32,000 bases of DNA. It comes from Synechocystis sp. PCC 6803 substr. PCC-P. Lineage in GTDB: Bacteria; Cyanobacteriota; Cyanobacteriia; Cyanobacteriales; Microcystaceae. Where the stretch lies: the NCBI RefSeq assembly GCF_000284455.1, contig NC_017039.1:3120001-3152000 (forward strand), read 5' to 3'. This document shows positions 1 through 9,200 of the stretch, piece by piece. How positions within the stretch are numbered: position 1 is the first letter of the stretch; each line of letters starts with the position of its first letter. The position numbers were made by a program, and so were the translations under genes. The notes beneath the pieces were generated by a model, which saw only the letters and a program-made list of their open reading frames with translations, ran no database searches and was not told the origin of the DNA.

Positions 1-897
1 AAAAATGCCGCTGATCAACAGCAGTCCCCAGAGGTTGCCGGTCATAATGCCCACCGCTGCCAAACTCCCCCCTAGGGCTAAAGAACCCGTATCCCCCATG
101 AATACCCGGGCAGGATTGTGGTTATGGTGTACAAAACCAATACAGCCACCGGCCATGGCACAGCAGAAAAAGGCTAGTGCTGGATTTTCTTTCGCCACCA
201 GTAAACCCAACCCCACAAAGGCGATCGCCCCAGTTCCGGCCGCCAAACCATCCACTCCATCGGTCAGATTGGTCGCATTACTTTCCGCCACTAGGGCAAA
301 GGTAGCCACTAACCAAAAAAGGAAACCCAGGGGTAAGACAAATTGCATAATGCGAATGTCCGTAATTTCCGTTGGCCCATAAAAAAATAGCCAAGTGCAA
401 AAAATAACGGCGATCGCCACCTGCAAAAATAATTTTTGTTTCGGGGTTAAACCCTTATTGGATTTGTATTTTAAAATCTGCCAGTCATCCACCCAACCGA
501 TCGCCATATAGCCCAAAGTCACCAAACCCACCACTATGACATCGGGATTAAACTGGGTTCCCACCACGGCGATCGCCACCGCCACCGGCACAAAGAAAAT
601 CCCCCCCATGGTAGGAGTCCCGGCCTTTTTCAAATGACTTTGGGGTCCGTCGGACTGAATCACCTGACTAGCTTTCAGGTTTACTAGCATTGGTACCACC
701 GCCATACCAATGAGAGCTGTAACCAAGGCCGTAAAACCAAGGGCAATCAGTAATTTTCCATTGCTCAACCATGGCATATCCGCCCAGCTACTCAACAGGG
801 CCATCAGGGCTAAAGCCAATGCCCAGAGCAGGATTAGTAAGGTTTTGCCACTGGGGTTTTTCCAACTGGGAAGGGACGAAGATTTTGCGTTGGCCAT
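1..897 (-). CDS. mraY: Phospho-N-acetylmuramoyl-pentapeptide-transferase (MraY), C-terminus beyond the window's left edge
   Basis: Not in the supplied ORF track because it runs off the window. The reverse complement from ATG at 897..895 reads MANAKSSSLPSWKNPSGKTLLILLWALALALMALLSSWADMPWLSNGKLLIALGFTALVTALIGMAVVPMLVNLKASQVIQSDGPQSHLKKAGTPTMGGIFFVPVAVAIA. The DGPQSHxxKxGTPTMGG motif is characteristic of MraY. Confidence 0.93.
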   Translation of the reverse strand, partial: MANAKSSSLPSWKNPSGKTLLILLWALALALMALLSSWADMPWLSNGKLLIALGFTALVTALIGMAVVPMLVNLKASQVIQSDGPQSHLKKAGTPTMGGIFFVPVAVAIAVVGTQFNPDVIVVGLVTLGYMAIGWVDDWQILKYKSNKGLTPKQKLFLQVAIAVIFCTWLFFYGPTEITDIRIMQFVLPLGFLFWLVATFALVAESNATNLTDGVDGLAAGTGAIAFVGLGLLVAKENPALAFFCCAMAGGCIGFVHHNHNPARVFMGDTGSLALGGSLAAVGIMTGNLWGLLLISGIF

Positions 898-1009
898 AGT
901 CAAAAAATTAGTTCAGGGGTTGATCAATGACGTTTTCTCCATCAGACTAGCATCAAGGTTGCTGGCCTTTGGCTGTCGATTTTGCTGACAGATTTAAATA
1001 TCAAGAACC

Positions 1010-2863
1010 ATGCCCTTAATTACCAAACTAAAAAAATATCGACGAAAATATAAACGCTTCTTCTGGCTCGGTTGTGTTGTTTTAGCGCTACTACTGATCA
1101 TTCCTCACCCCAGCCAAGCCCAATTCGTTATGCCCCAAGGTTTTAGTGGCCAGGGCAGTGGCTATAAACCGCCGGAAGTTTCCCGGTATGGTCCCATCGA
1201 AGTGGCTCCGGTACGATCGCCCGTTGACAACGGTTTTCTGTTTGATGTGGCCTCCCCCACTGTGTATAACCGCCAAGAGAATACCAGCCAAATTCCTGTG
1301 GAGCAAAGGGCTCAGGACATTGAAAGCAAATTGGAACTGGCTATTTTCAGACGGGATATGAACCCCGATGACCTAAGGGTAGAAACTTCCCGGCTCAACA
1401 ATGTGGTGGTGGTTACTGTTAGCAATGACGATTATCCCCTCCCCTTGGTGCTAGCTTCCGTTACGGAAAACGATGCAGATTTCAACGGCCAACCCATTGA
1501 TGTTTTAGCGGAGCAATGGCGGGAAAAACTGGACAAAGAAATTCGGCGAGGCCAAGCTAGTACTACCCCAGAAGCCCTAGAACAATCCTTCAAACAGGCT
1601 TTCCAAATATTTGTAGCCCTATTGGTGGCAACGGCTATTGTTGCTAGTATCAAACATTTAATTTCCCGGCATCGTCAACGACTCCTCAATCGTAAACAGG
1701 CGATCGCCGCTGAAAAACAAGCGAATTCCGAAGTTCTGGAAGAAAATCACCCTGATCCCATAGAAGTCAATTATGCTGCCCCGGAAATTTTGGGGGAACA
1801 GCAATGGATATTTTGGCAAAGATTACCCCAAATACTCAGTATCGACCGTAAAATTGGCTTTTGGAAATTTATCCAGTGGCTTTTGTTCTGGGTAATTATC
1901 CTTGGTTGGTACTTTGGCTTATTCGCCATTTTTCGACAAATTCCCGGCTTAGCCACCCTCAGTGGCGCCATTTTGGGTCGCCCCTTGCAATTGCTAATGC
2001 TGTGGTTTTTTGTTGGTCTAACTATCCGTATTAGCCATCGCATCATTGAATTACTAAAAGACAATTGGCAAAACACTAATTCCACCAGCTTCAACAAATT
2101 TATCAATCTGGGAGATGACCAACGGCGAGATCTGCGCATTTCCACCATCTCTGGGGCTATCAAGGGTATGGTCACGGTGGTTATCAGTGCTAGCGGTTTG
2201 TTAACCGCCCTGATTATTCTGGGCATTCCCACCGGTTCTGTGGTTGCCATTGGGGGTTTATTGGCCTTGGCCATTTCCTTCGGTGCCCAAAGCTTGGTCA
2301 AGGATTTGGTCGATGGATTTCTAGTATTAGCCGAAGACCAGTATGCCATTGGAGATGTGATTGATGTGGGCTTCGCTGCCGGGGGGGTGGAAAATTTAAA
2401 CTTACGGGTGACTCAGTTAAGGAGTGCCGGGGGAGAACTAGTTACCATCCCCAACAGTGCCATTACCCAGGTTAAAAACCTGACCCGTTCGTGGTCCAGG
2501 GCTAATTTGAGCGTCAATGTAGCCTACGACACTGACCCTGTCAAAGCCATTAATGTTCTACGTCAAGTAGGGGAAGACCTGTACAACGACCCGGAATGGC
2601 ATGACAAAATGCTGGCAGTTCCCGATGTGTTGGGCATCGATAGTCTTACCCATGAGGGCATGACCATCACCATCTGGATTCAAACAGCCCCTGCTCAACA
2701 GTGGTCTGTGGGCCGAGAACTGCGTTTCCGTGTGCGCCAGGCCCTGACGGAAAATAACATCGAAATCGGTGCCCCCCGGCAAATATATGCCCATGCAACC
2801 AACACCACTAACGGGGCTACCAATCCCCCCTTTAATGCCCTTGAGTCCGCTGTGGAAAGCTAG
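1010..2863 (+). CDS. MscS-family mechanosensitive channel-like membrane protein with N-terminal signal peptide
   Basis: 617-aa ORF with ATG start and an N-terminal hydrophobic segment ending PSQAQF. Several TM segments are followed by the MscS pore/beta-domain signature GIPTGSVVAIGGLLALAISFGAQSLVKDLVDGFLVLAEDQYAIGDVIDVG...VTIPNSAITQVKNLTRSWSR. Confidence 0.9.
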   Translation: MPLITKLKKYRRKYKRFFWLGCVVLALLLIIPHPSQAQFVMPQGFSGQGSGYKPPEVSRYGPIEVAPVRSPVDNGFLFDVASPTVYNRQENTSQIPVEQRAQDIESKLELAIFRRDMNPDDLRVETSRLNNVVVVTVSNDDYPLPLVLASVTENDADFNGQPIDVLAEQWREKLDKEIRRGQASTTPEALEQSFKQAFQIFVALLVATAIVASIKHLISRHRQRLLNRKQAIAAEKQANSEVLEENHPDPIEVNYAAPEILGEQQWIFWQRLPQILSIDRKIGFWKFIQWLLFWVIILGWYFGLFAIFRQIPGLATLSGAILGRPLQLLMLWFFVGLTIRISHRIIELLKDNWQNTNSTSFNKFINLGDDQRRDLRISTISGAIKGMVTVVISASGLLTALIILGIPTGSVVAIGGLLALAISFGAQSLVKDLVDGFLVLAEDQYAIGDVIDVGFAAGGVENLNLRVTQLRSAGGELVTIPNSAITQVKNLTRSWSRANLSVNVAYDTDPVKAINVLRQVGEDLYNDPEWHDKMLAVPDVLGIDSLTHEGMTITIWIQTAPAQQWSVGRELRFRVRQALTENNIEIGAPRQIYAHATNTTNGATNPPFNALESAVES

Positions 2864-2872
2864 TGTTTAGTA

Positions 2873-4027
2873 TTAGTCTTCTCCTAGGTATATGCCCAAT
2901 GACTTGGCCGTTTTAACCATAAAACCATCCCTATCCACCGGGAAAGGACAGCGATTTTCCTGGTGACATTCTTTAATGATGCTGATAATTGGTTTAAGGT
3001 CAGCGTGTTCCACCTTCCCACTGCGCCAGATCACCACCTGGTCATAAATTTCCTGTTCGATCAACTCCACTGCCCTAATTCCAAACACCGTGGCCAAGAG
3101 GCGATCGAACGATAGGGGGGTCCCGCTCCGTTGTAAATGACCCAGGGTTGTGGCTCGAATGTCTAGACTTATTAGATCGCAAAAAGCGGGATCTTTAATG
3201 TCGCAAAGGTGTTGACTGGTTTCACTGATTTCTTCTGCTAAGTAGTCGGCGATATGTTTATTTTTCTTATTATTTTGATCGTGGACACCCTCTGAAATAA
3301 CTATTAAAGCAAAATGGCGGCCAGACTTCCGCAAATTCATTAGTTGATAACAACAATTGCGGATAATTTCAGAAGTCAAACAAGGGGTAATTTCGGGAAT
3401 TAAAATGATATCAGCTCCGCCGGCAATGCCTGCATGGAGAGTCAAATGCCCCGCATCCCGCCCCATGACCTGGACAATGATAATGCGTTCATGGCTAGCG
3501 GCGGTAAAAGTCAGGTCGTATAAGGCTTGGGTAACAATATCCACCGCAGTGCTAAATCCCACTGCCAGATCCGTAAAGGGCACATCATTGTCAATGGTTT
3601 TGGGAATGGCAATAATATGCCAATTACCTTTTTGGGCTAAATCATAAATAATGTCTAAACTACCATCGCCACCAATAACAATTAGTGCTTCCAGGTCAAG
3701 TATGGCATAACCCTTGAGAATGGCTTCGGCGATCGCCGGTTGCTCTGGATGTCCCTTACTTAAGGACCCTAAAACACTACCGCTGAGAAATTGCAATACA
3801 TCTAAGCCTTTGAGCATCCCGGGCAGAGCATAGCCATGTTTAGTTAACAGTAAATCCTCTGCCTGGTATTTTCCGTGGGCAACTTCAACAAAACCATCGG
3901 TGCCGTAGGGAATACCATAAACCTCCCACCCCTTAAGAGCTGAGGCCTTAACCACTGCTCGGATGACGGCATTGAGGCCAGGACAATCACCACCACTGGT
4001 CAAAATTCCAATACGTTTTGTGCCCAT
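2873..4027 (-). CDS. pfkA: 6-phosphofructokinase (the ORF extends to 4108, but the start at 4027, [19 protein letters not shown], is more plausible)
   Basis: PFK motifs [46 protein letters not shown] and [23 protein letters not shown] at 4027..4025. Confidence 0.93.
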
Positions 4028-4138
4028 ACCAAACCCCCTTAATTTATCCTTAATTTGAGTCTTTCTAACTCTTTCAATAGCTGACCCATGGTCAAAATCG
4101 AACCCCAATCTATCGCCAATCCCTAATCCGGCGGTTTA

Positions 4139-5170
4139 CTAACCCACTGGTTCAAGGGGATCAAGCGCTTTCCAAATAGGGGCGTAGGTCTGCAGAGCTT
4201 TGACATATTGAACCCGCTCAAAAGCAGTGGGATCGGGGCAATTAAGTTGACTCATACTGCCTTGCATCTGCTGTACAGATTCATATTCATGCTCCTCCAT
4301 CCAACGGGCTAAACTATTTTCCAATGTGTGAATATAACCGATGCCGTGGCGCAATAGGGCACTGACCAATTGGGTGATTTTTGCCCCGGCCATTAATACC
4401 TTGACCAAATCCACTGTGTGCAAAATTCCACTGGTGGCGGCTAAGTCGCAGTCAATACGCCCATATAAAATCGCCAGCCAATGTAGGGGAAGGCGCATAC
4501 TTTGGGTAGTGCTGAGCAGAATATGGGGATAAACTTCTAGGCTTTCTAGGTCAAAATCTGGCTGGTAAAAACGGTTAAATAAAACTAATCCATCAGCGCC
4601 ATAATCGGCAAACTTCTTGGCCATATAGGCCATATTGCTAAAGAAGGGTGAAATTTTAACAGCAACGGGAATTTTAACTTCATCTTTAACCGCTTTAACA
4701 ATGTCAAGATAATTTTTTTCCACCTCTGTGCCTGGCACATCCAAATCTGTGGGTACGTAGTAAATATTAAGTTCAATAGCATCGGCCCCAGCCCCCTCCA
4801 TTTGTTGGGAATAGTCTAACCAGCCGCCTAGGGTAGAACCATTTAAGCTGCCAATTATAGGAATATCTAAACTCTCTTTAGCCAGGCGAATATGGTTGAG
4901 ATACTCCTCAGAACCGACATGAAAAACCTGGGGTTCAGGAAAATAAGTCAGAGCTTCAGCAAAACTATGGGTGCCATGGGTGAGATGGTGGTACATTTCC
5001 AGTCTTTCTTGCCGCAATTGCTCTTCAAAGAAGGAATGTAAAACGATCGCCGCCGCACCACTGTCCTCCATTTTTTTGAGATTGCCCAACTCCTCCGTCA
5101 AAGGGGCACAGGAACCGACCACTAGGGGAGATTTAAGATTTAAGCCGAGGTATTGGGTAGTGAGATCCAT
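4139..5170 (-). CDS. Dihydroorotate dehydrogenase-like FMN (beta/alpha)8-barrel protein
   Basis: 343-aa ORF starting MDLTTQYLGLNLKSPLVVGSCAPLTEELGNLKKMEDSGAAAIV with VKISPFFSN and YGADGLVLFNRF segments of the DHODH fold. The usual catalytic loop is altered (see findings). Confidence 0.85.
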   Translation of the reverse strand: MDLTTQYLGLNLKSPLVVGSCAPLTEELGNLKKMEDSGAAAIVLHSFFEEQLRQERLEMYHHLTHGTHSFAEALTYFPEPQVFHVGSEEYLNHIRLAKESLDIPIIGSLNGSTLGGWLDYSQQMEGAGADAIELNIYYVPTDLDVPGTEVEKNYLDIVKAVKDEVKIPVAVKISPFFSNMAYMAKKFADYGADGLVLFNRFYQPDFDLESLEVYPHILLSTTQSMRLPLHWLAILYGRIDCDLAATSGILHTVDLVKVLMAGAKITQLVSALLRHGIGYIHTLENSLARWMEEHEYESVQQMQGSMSQLNCPDPTAFERVQYVKALQTYAPIWKALDPLEPVG

Positions 5171-5191
5171 GGTGTTAATTCCTTTCAGTTT

Positions 5192-5674
5192 TTAATTGTA
5201 ATCTTCGTAATATTGGGGAAAAAATCCATCTGGTAGAAAAGTTCGATCCAGAATGTCATTTTGTGCAAAGGGATTGGTTTCTGGAAAGGTTTCTAAACTA
5301 GTGTCAGTCTCGATGGCAACCATTTTACGAGCGTGTTTGTAGCACTCATCTAAAACATCATGAAAATATTTCTGCAAACTGGGACTTTCTAAAAGACATT
5401 GATAAATTTTCTTTCTACTTTGATCAATCATTGTCCTCCAACTATTTGACCAGGTCTCTGGTTGGTATTTCCATTTAAGTAAATGAATTAAAATAATCTC
5501 TAAATTCTCCCTGAGAATACCCTGTTCTGTATATTTAATAGATTGAATTTCTTCTGCTAAATTTTCAAAATCAAGATTTTCAAGTTGATTTTCTTTTAGG
5601 CAGTTAGCGACTGCCTCTAACCACAGATTAAAATCCTGTTCATAAAGAAGATTGGCATTGATTTTTAAAGTCAT
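5192..5674 (-). CDS. DUF29 family protein (copy 2)
   Basis: 160-aa ORF with the DUF29 pattern: LYEQDFNLWLEAVANCLKENQLENLDFENLAEEI...ENLEIILIHLLKWKYQPE..SNSWR..I...RKKI...L.ESPSLQKY...FLPD. Confidence 0.85.
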   Translation of the reverse strand: MTLKINANLLYEQDFNLWLEAVANCLKENQLENLDFENLAEEIQSIKYTEQGILRENLEIILIHLLKWKYQPETWSNSWRTMIDQSRKKIYQCLLESPSLQKYFHDVLDECYKHARKMVAIETDTSLETFPETNPFAQNDILDRTFLPDGFFPQYYEDYN

Positions 5675-5691
5675 TTTAATTATCTTTTTGG

Positions 5692-6129
5692 CTATTTTGG
5701 TAAAAATTCTTGATCAAGAATCTCTTCTTTCAAGAACGGATTTAGGGCGGGAAATCGACTGATGTCAATACTGGTTTCAATGCTGGCTTCTTTCCTGGCT
5801 CGCCCATAGGCTTCATCAAGTACTAAATCAAAATGACGTTTGAGACTGGGGCTTTCTTTAAGCTGCTTAAGAATCCTTTCTCTGTGTTCGTCAATGCTCA
5901 ACCTCCAGCTATTGGATTGTTTATGGGGTTGGTATTTCCATTTAAGCAAGTGCATTAACAAAATCTCCAAATTACGCTTTAGAGACTTTTTTTGACTCCG
6001 CCCCATATCTTCAATTTCTTTAATTAAATTTTGACAGTCTAGTTGATCCAACCGACGTTCCTTGAGTAGATCCGCCATGGTTTTTGCCCATAGACACCGG
6101 TCTTGCTGATAAAGATTTTTGGTATTCAT
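5692..6129 (-). CDS. DUF29 family protein (copy 1); the ORF is open to 6231 but the likely start is 6129 (MNTKNLYQQDRCLW)
   Basis: DUF29 pattern LYQQDRCLWAKTMADLLKERRLDQLDCQNLIKEIEDMGRSQKKSLKRNLEILLMHLLKWKYQPHKQSNSWR...ESPSLKRHF...FLPK. Starting at 6129 removes the overlap with nifJ. ATG at 6129..6127. Confidence 0.83.
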   Translation of the reverse strand: MNTKNLYQQDRCLWAKTMADLLKERRLDQLDCQNLIKEIEDMGRSQKKSLKRNLEILLMHLLKWKYQPHKQSNSWRLSIDEHRERILKQLKESPSLKRHFDLVLDEAYGRARKEASIETSIDISRFPALNPFLKEEILDQEFLPK

Positions 6130-6214
6130 CTGAGTGACCATCCGTTTTGCCTCATATTTGCCCGATGGGTAGGGGAACAAATAACCGATTAACGTTTGCC
6201 CCCTAATGCCGATT

Positions 6215-9200
6215 CTAAACAGATTTAGCAATTACCTCCGGAGATGGGGAAACACCATGGTTGTTACCGTTAATTTCCCCACCCAGAGAACGTTTCGCCA
6301 GATATTCGTACATGGCCCAGCGAGTGTTCACATCCCCTTGAGCTAACTTCATTAAGCGTTTGGCCTCCTCTGGTTGACTGCGGGTGAGCATGGCAAAGCG
6401 ATTTTCCGAATAGACCGTTTTGTCAATGGCTACTTTTGGCGATCCCATATCCAATTGCAGGGGATTTTTACCTTCATCCGCCAACAAAGGGTTATAGCGG
6501 TAGAGCAACCAACGACCGCTGTCCACCAACTCTTTTTGATGGTTCATCGCGGTGGTCATATTAATGCCGTGGGCAATGCAGTGGGAGTAGGCAATAATTA
6601 ACGAGACACCGGGATAGGCTTCCGCTTCCATAAAGGCTTTAATGGACTGCTCATTTTTGGCTCCCATGGCGATACTGGCCACATAGACGTTGCCGTAGGT
6701 CATGGCCATTAAGCCCAAATCTTTTTTGGGAGAGGGTTTACCCCCAGCGGCGAATTTAGCTACAGCGGCCCGGGGAGTGGCTTTGGAGGCTTGGCCCCCG
6801 GTGTTGGAATAGACTTCCGTATCCATCACCAAGATATTGACATTACGCCCACTGGCGAGGACGTGATCCAAACCGCCGTACCCAATGTCGTAGGCCCAGC
6901 CATCGCCACCAATAATCCAAACGCTTTTCTTCACGAGGTAATCCGCTACAGAAAGGAACATTTGGGCTTGGGGAGTTTCCAGATTTTGCAAACGTTGCTT
7001 AACCTGTTCTACCAATTGCCGTTGTTCAAAAATATCCGCTTCAGTGGTTTGGGCATTGTTGAGAATTTCACTTACCAAACTGTCTCCCAACTCCCCAGCA
7101 AAGGTTTTTAGCAATTCCCCTGCAAATTCCGTTTGCTTGTCGATCGCCACTCGGAAACCAAGGCCAAATTCAGCGTTATCTTCAAACAGGGAATTGGACC
7201 AAGCGGGACCGCGACCCTCAGCATTTTGGGCCCAGGGAGTTGTCGGTAAGTTGCCGCCATAGATGGAAGAGCAACCGGTGGCGTTGGCCACTAACATGCG
7301 ATCGCCAAATAATTGACTGACCAGTTTCAAATAAGGGGTTTCCCCACAACCGGCACAGGCTCCAGAAAATTCAAATAACGGCTCCTGCATCTGTTGATGG
7401 CTGATTTTGTTCAAATTCAAACTGAGGCGATCGGGGTTGGGCAAATCTAGGAAAAAGTCCCAATTCTCCCGTTCCTGTTCCCGCAAGGGTAACTGGGGAG
7501 CCATATTAATCGCCCTTAAACGAGGCTGGGATTTATTTTTAGCCGGGCATACGTCCACACAGATGCCGCAACCGGTGCAATCTTCCGGGGCTACCTGGAT
7601 GGTGAACTTAGAACCTTGCCAATCATGGTCTTTGGCATTGGTAAATTTGAAACTGACCGGAGCATTGGCCAATTCTGCCTCCTCGTAAACTTTGCCCCGA
7701 ATCACAGCATGGGGACAAACAATGACGCATTTGCCGCATTGCACACAAACATCGGGGTCCCAAACGGGAATTTCGTGGCCCACGTTGCGTTTTTCCCATT
7801 GGGTAGTGGCGGTGGGATAGGTGCCATCGCAGGGTAAAGCACTGACCGGGAGATCATCCCCTTGCCGGGCCATGATTTTTCCTAACACTTCCCGCACAAA
7901 CACCGGGGCGTTATCAGGCACCACCGGCCGCATAGCAGGGGCATCGTCGCTCACCGTTTCCGGTACGGACACTTCATAGAGATGGGCCAGGGTGGAATCC
8001 ACCGCTTTAATATTCATCTCGACAATTTCCTGACCCTTTTTGCCGTAGGTTTTTTGGACCGACTGCTTAATTTTGGCGATCGCCTCTTCCCGGGGTAACA
8101 CTCCCGCTAGGGCAAAGAAACAGGTTTGCATGACTGTGTTGGTGCGGCGGCCCATGCCCGCATCCCTGGCTACGTCATTGGCATTGATGGTGTAAACCTT
8201 GAGATTTTTGTCAATAATTTCCTGTTGTACTTTGCGGGGAAACTCTCGCCAAATTTCCTCTGGGCCGTAGGGGCTATTGACCAGGAAAACGCCGCCATCA
8301 ACGGCTGGTTCCAAGACTTCAAACTGTTCCAAAAATTCCCACTGGTGACAGGCGACAAAATTGGCTTGGCTAATCAGGTAAGTGGACAGGATGGGATTAG
8401 GGCCAAAGCGCAGATGGGAAACGGTTACAGAACCGGATTTTTTCGAGTCGTAAACAAAATAACCCTGGGCGTAGTTATCCGTATCTTCGCCAATGATTTT
8501 GATGGAGTTCTTATTGGCCCCCACCGTACCGTCGGAACCGAGACCGTAGAAAATTGCCCGGACGACAGAATCTGCTTCCGTGGAAAAACTGGGGTCATAG
8601 TCGATGCTGGTGTGGCTCAAATCATCGTTAATGCCTACGGTGAAATGGTTTTTGGGGTTGGTTTGATTTAAATGGTCCAACACCCCTTTAACCATGGCGG
8701 GGGTAAATTCCTTGGATGACAGACCGTAACGGCCACCAATAATTTTCGGCATCATGCCCGCTTCAAAAAAGGCCGTCAGCACATCCTGATAGAGGGGTTC
8801 CCCAATGCTCCCCGGTTCCTTACACCGGTCCAGCACCGCTATTTTTTGCACCGTTTTTGGTAGAGCATTAACCAGGCGATCGCCAGCAAAGGGCCGATAG
8901 AGGCGTACTTTCAGTAAACCAACCTTTTCCCCTTGGGCAGTTAGAAAATCCACCGTTTCCTGGGCCGTTTCCGCACCAGAACCCATCAGCACAATCACCC
9001 GTTCCGCTTCCGGATGGCCACAATATTCATAGGGACGGTAATGGCGGCCGGTTAGCTGGCCAAATTGTTCCATCACCTGCTCCAGCACGTTGGGATAACT
9101 GGCATAAAAGGGATTAACCGTTTCCCTAGCTTGGAAATAGACATCCGGATTTTGGGCCGTCCCCCGCAACTTCGGGCGATCGGGGGTCAAAGCCCGTCCC

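Noticed and set aside
5-988. Plus-strand ORFs 5..382 and 710..988
   Set aside because: The first and most of the second are antisense to mraY, which the ORF track missed because it is truncated by the window edge; neither has motifs.
1771-2349. 192-aa minus-strand ORF
   Set aside because: Antisense to the MscS-like gene; no conserved motif.
8126-8671. 181-aa plus-strand ORF
   Set aside because: Antisense to nifJ; spurious open frame opposite a highly conserved enzyme.
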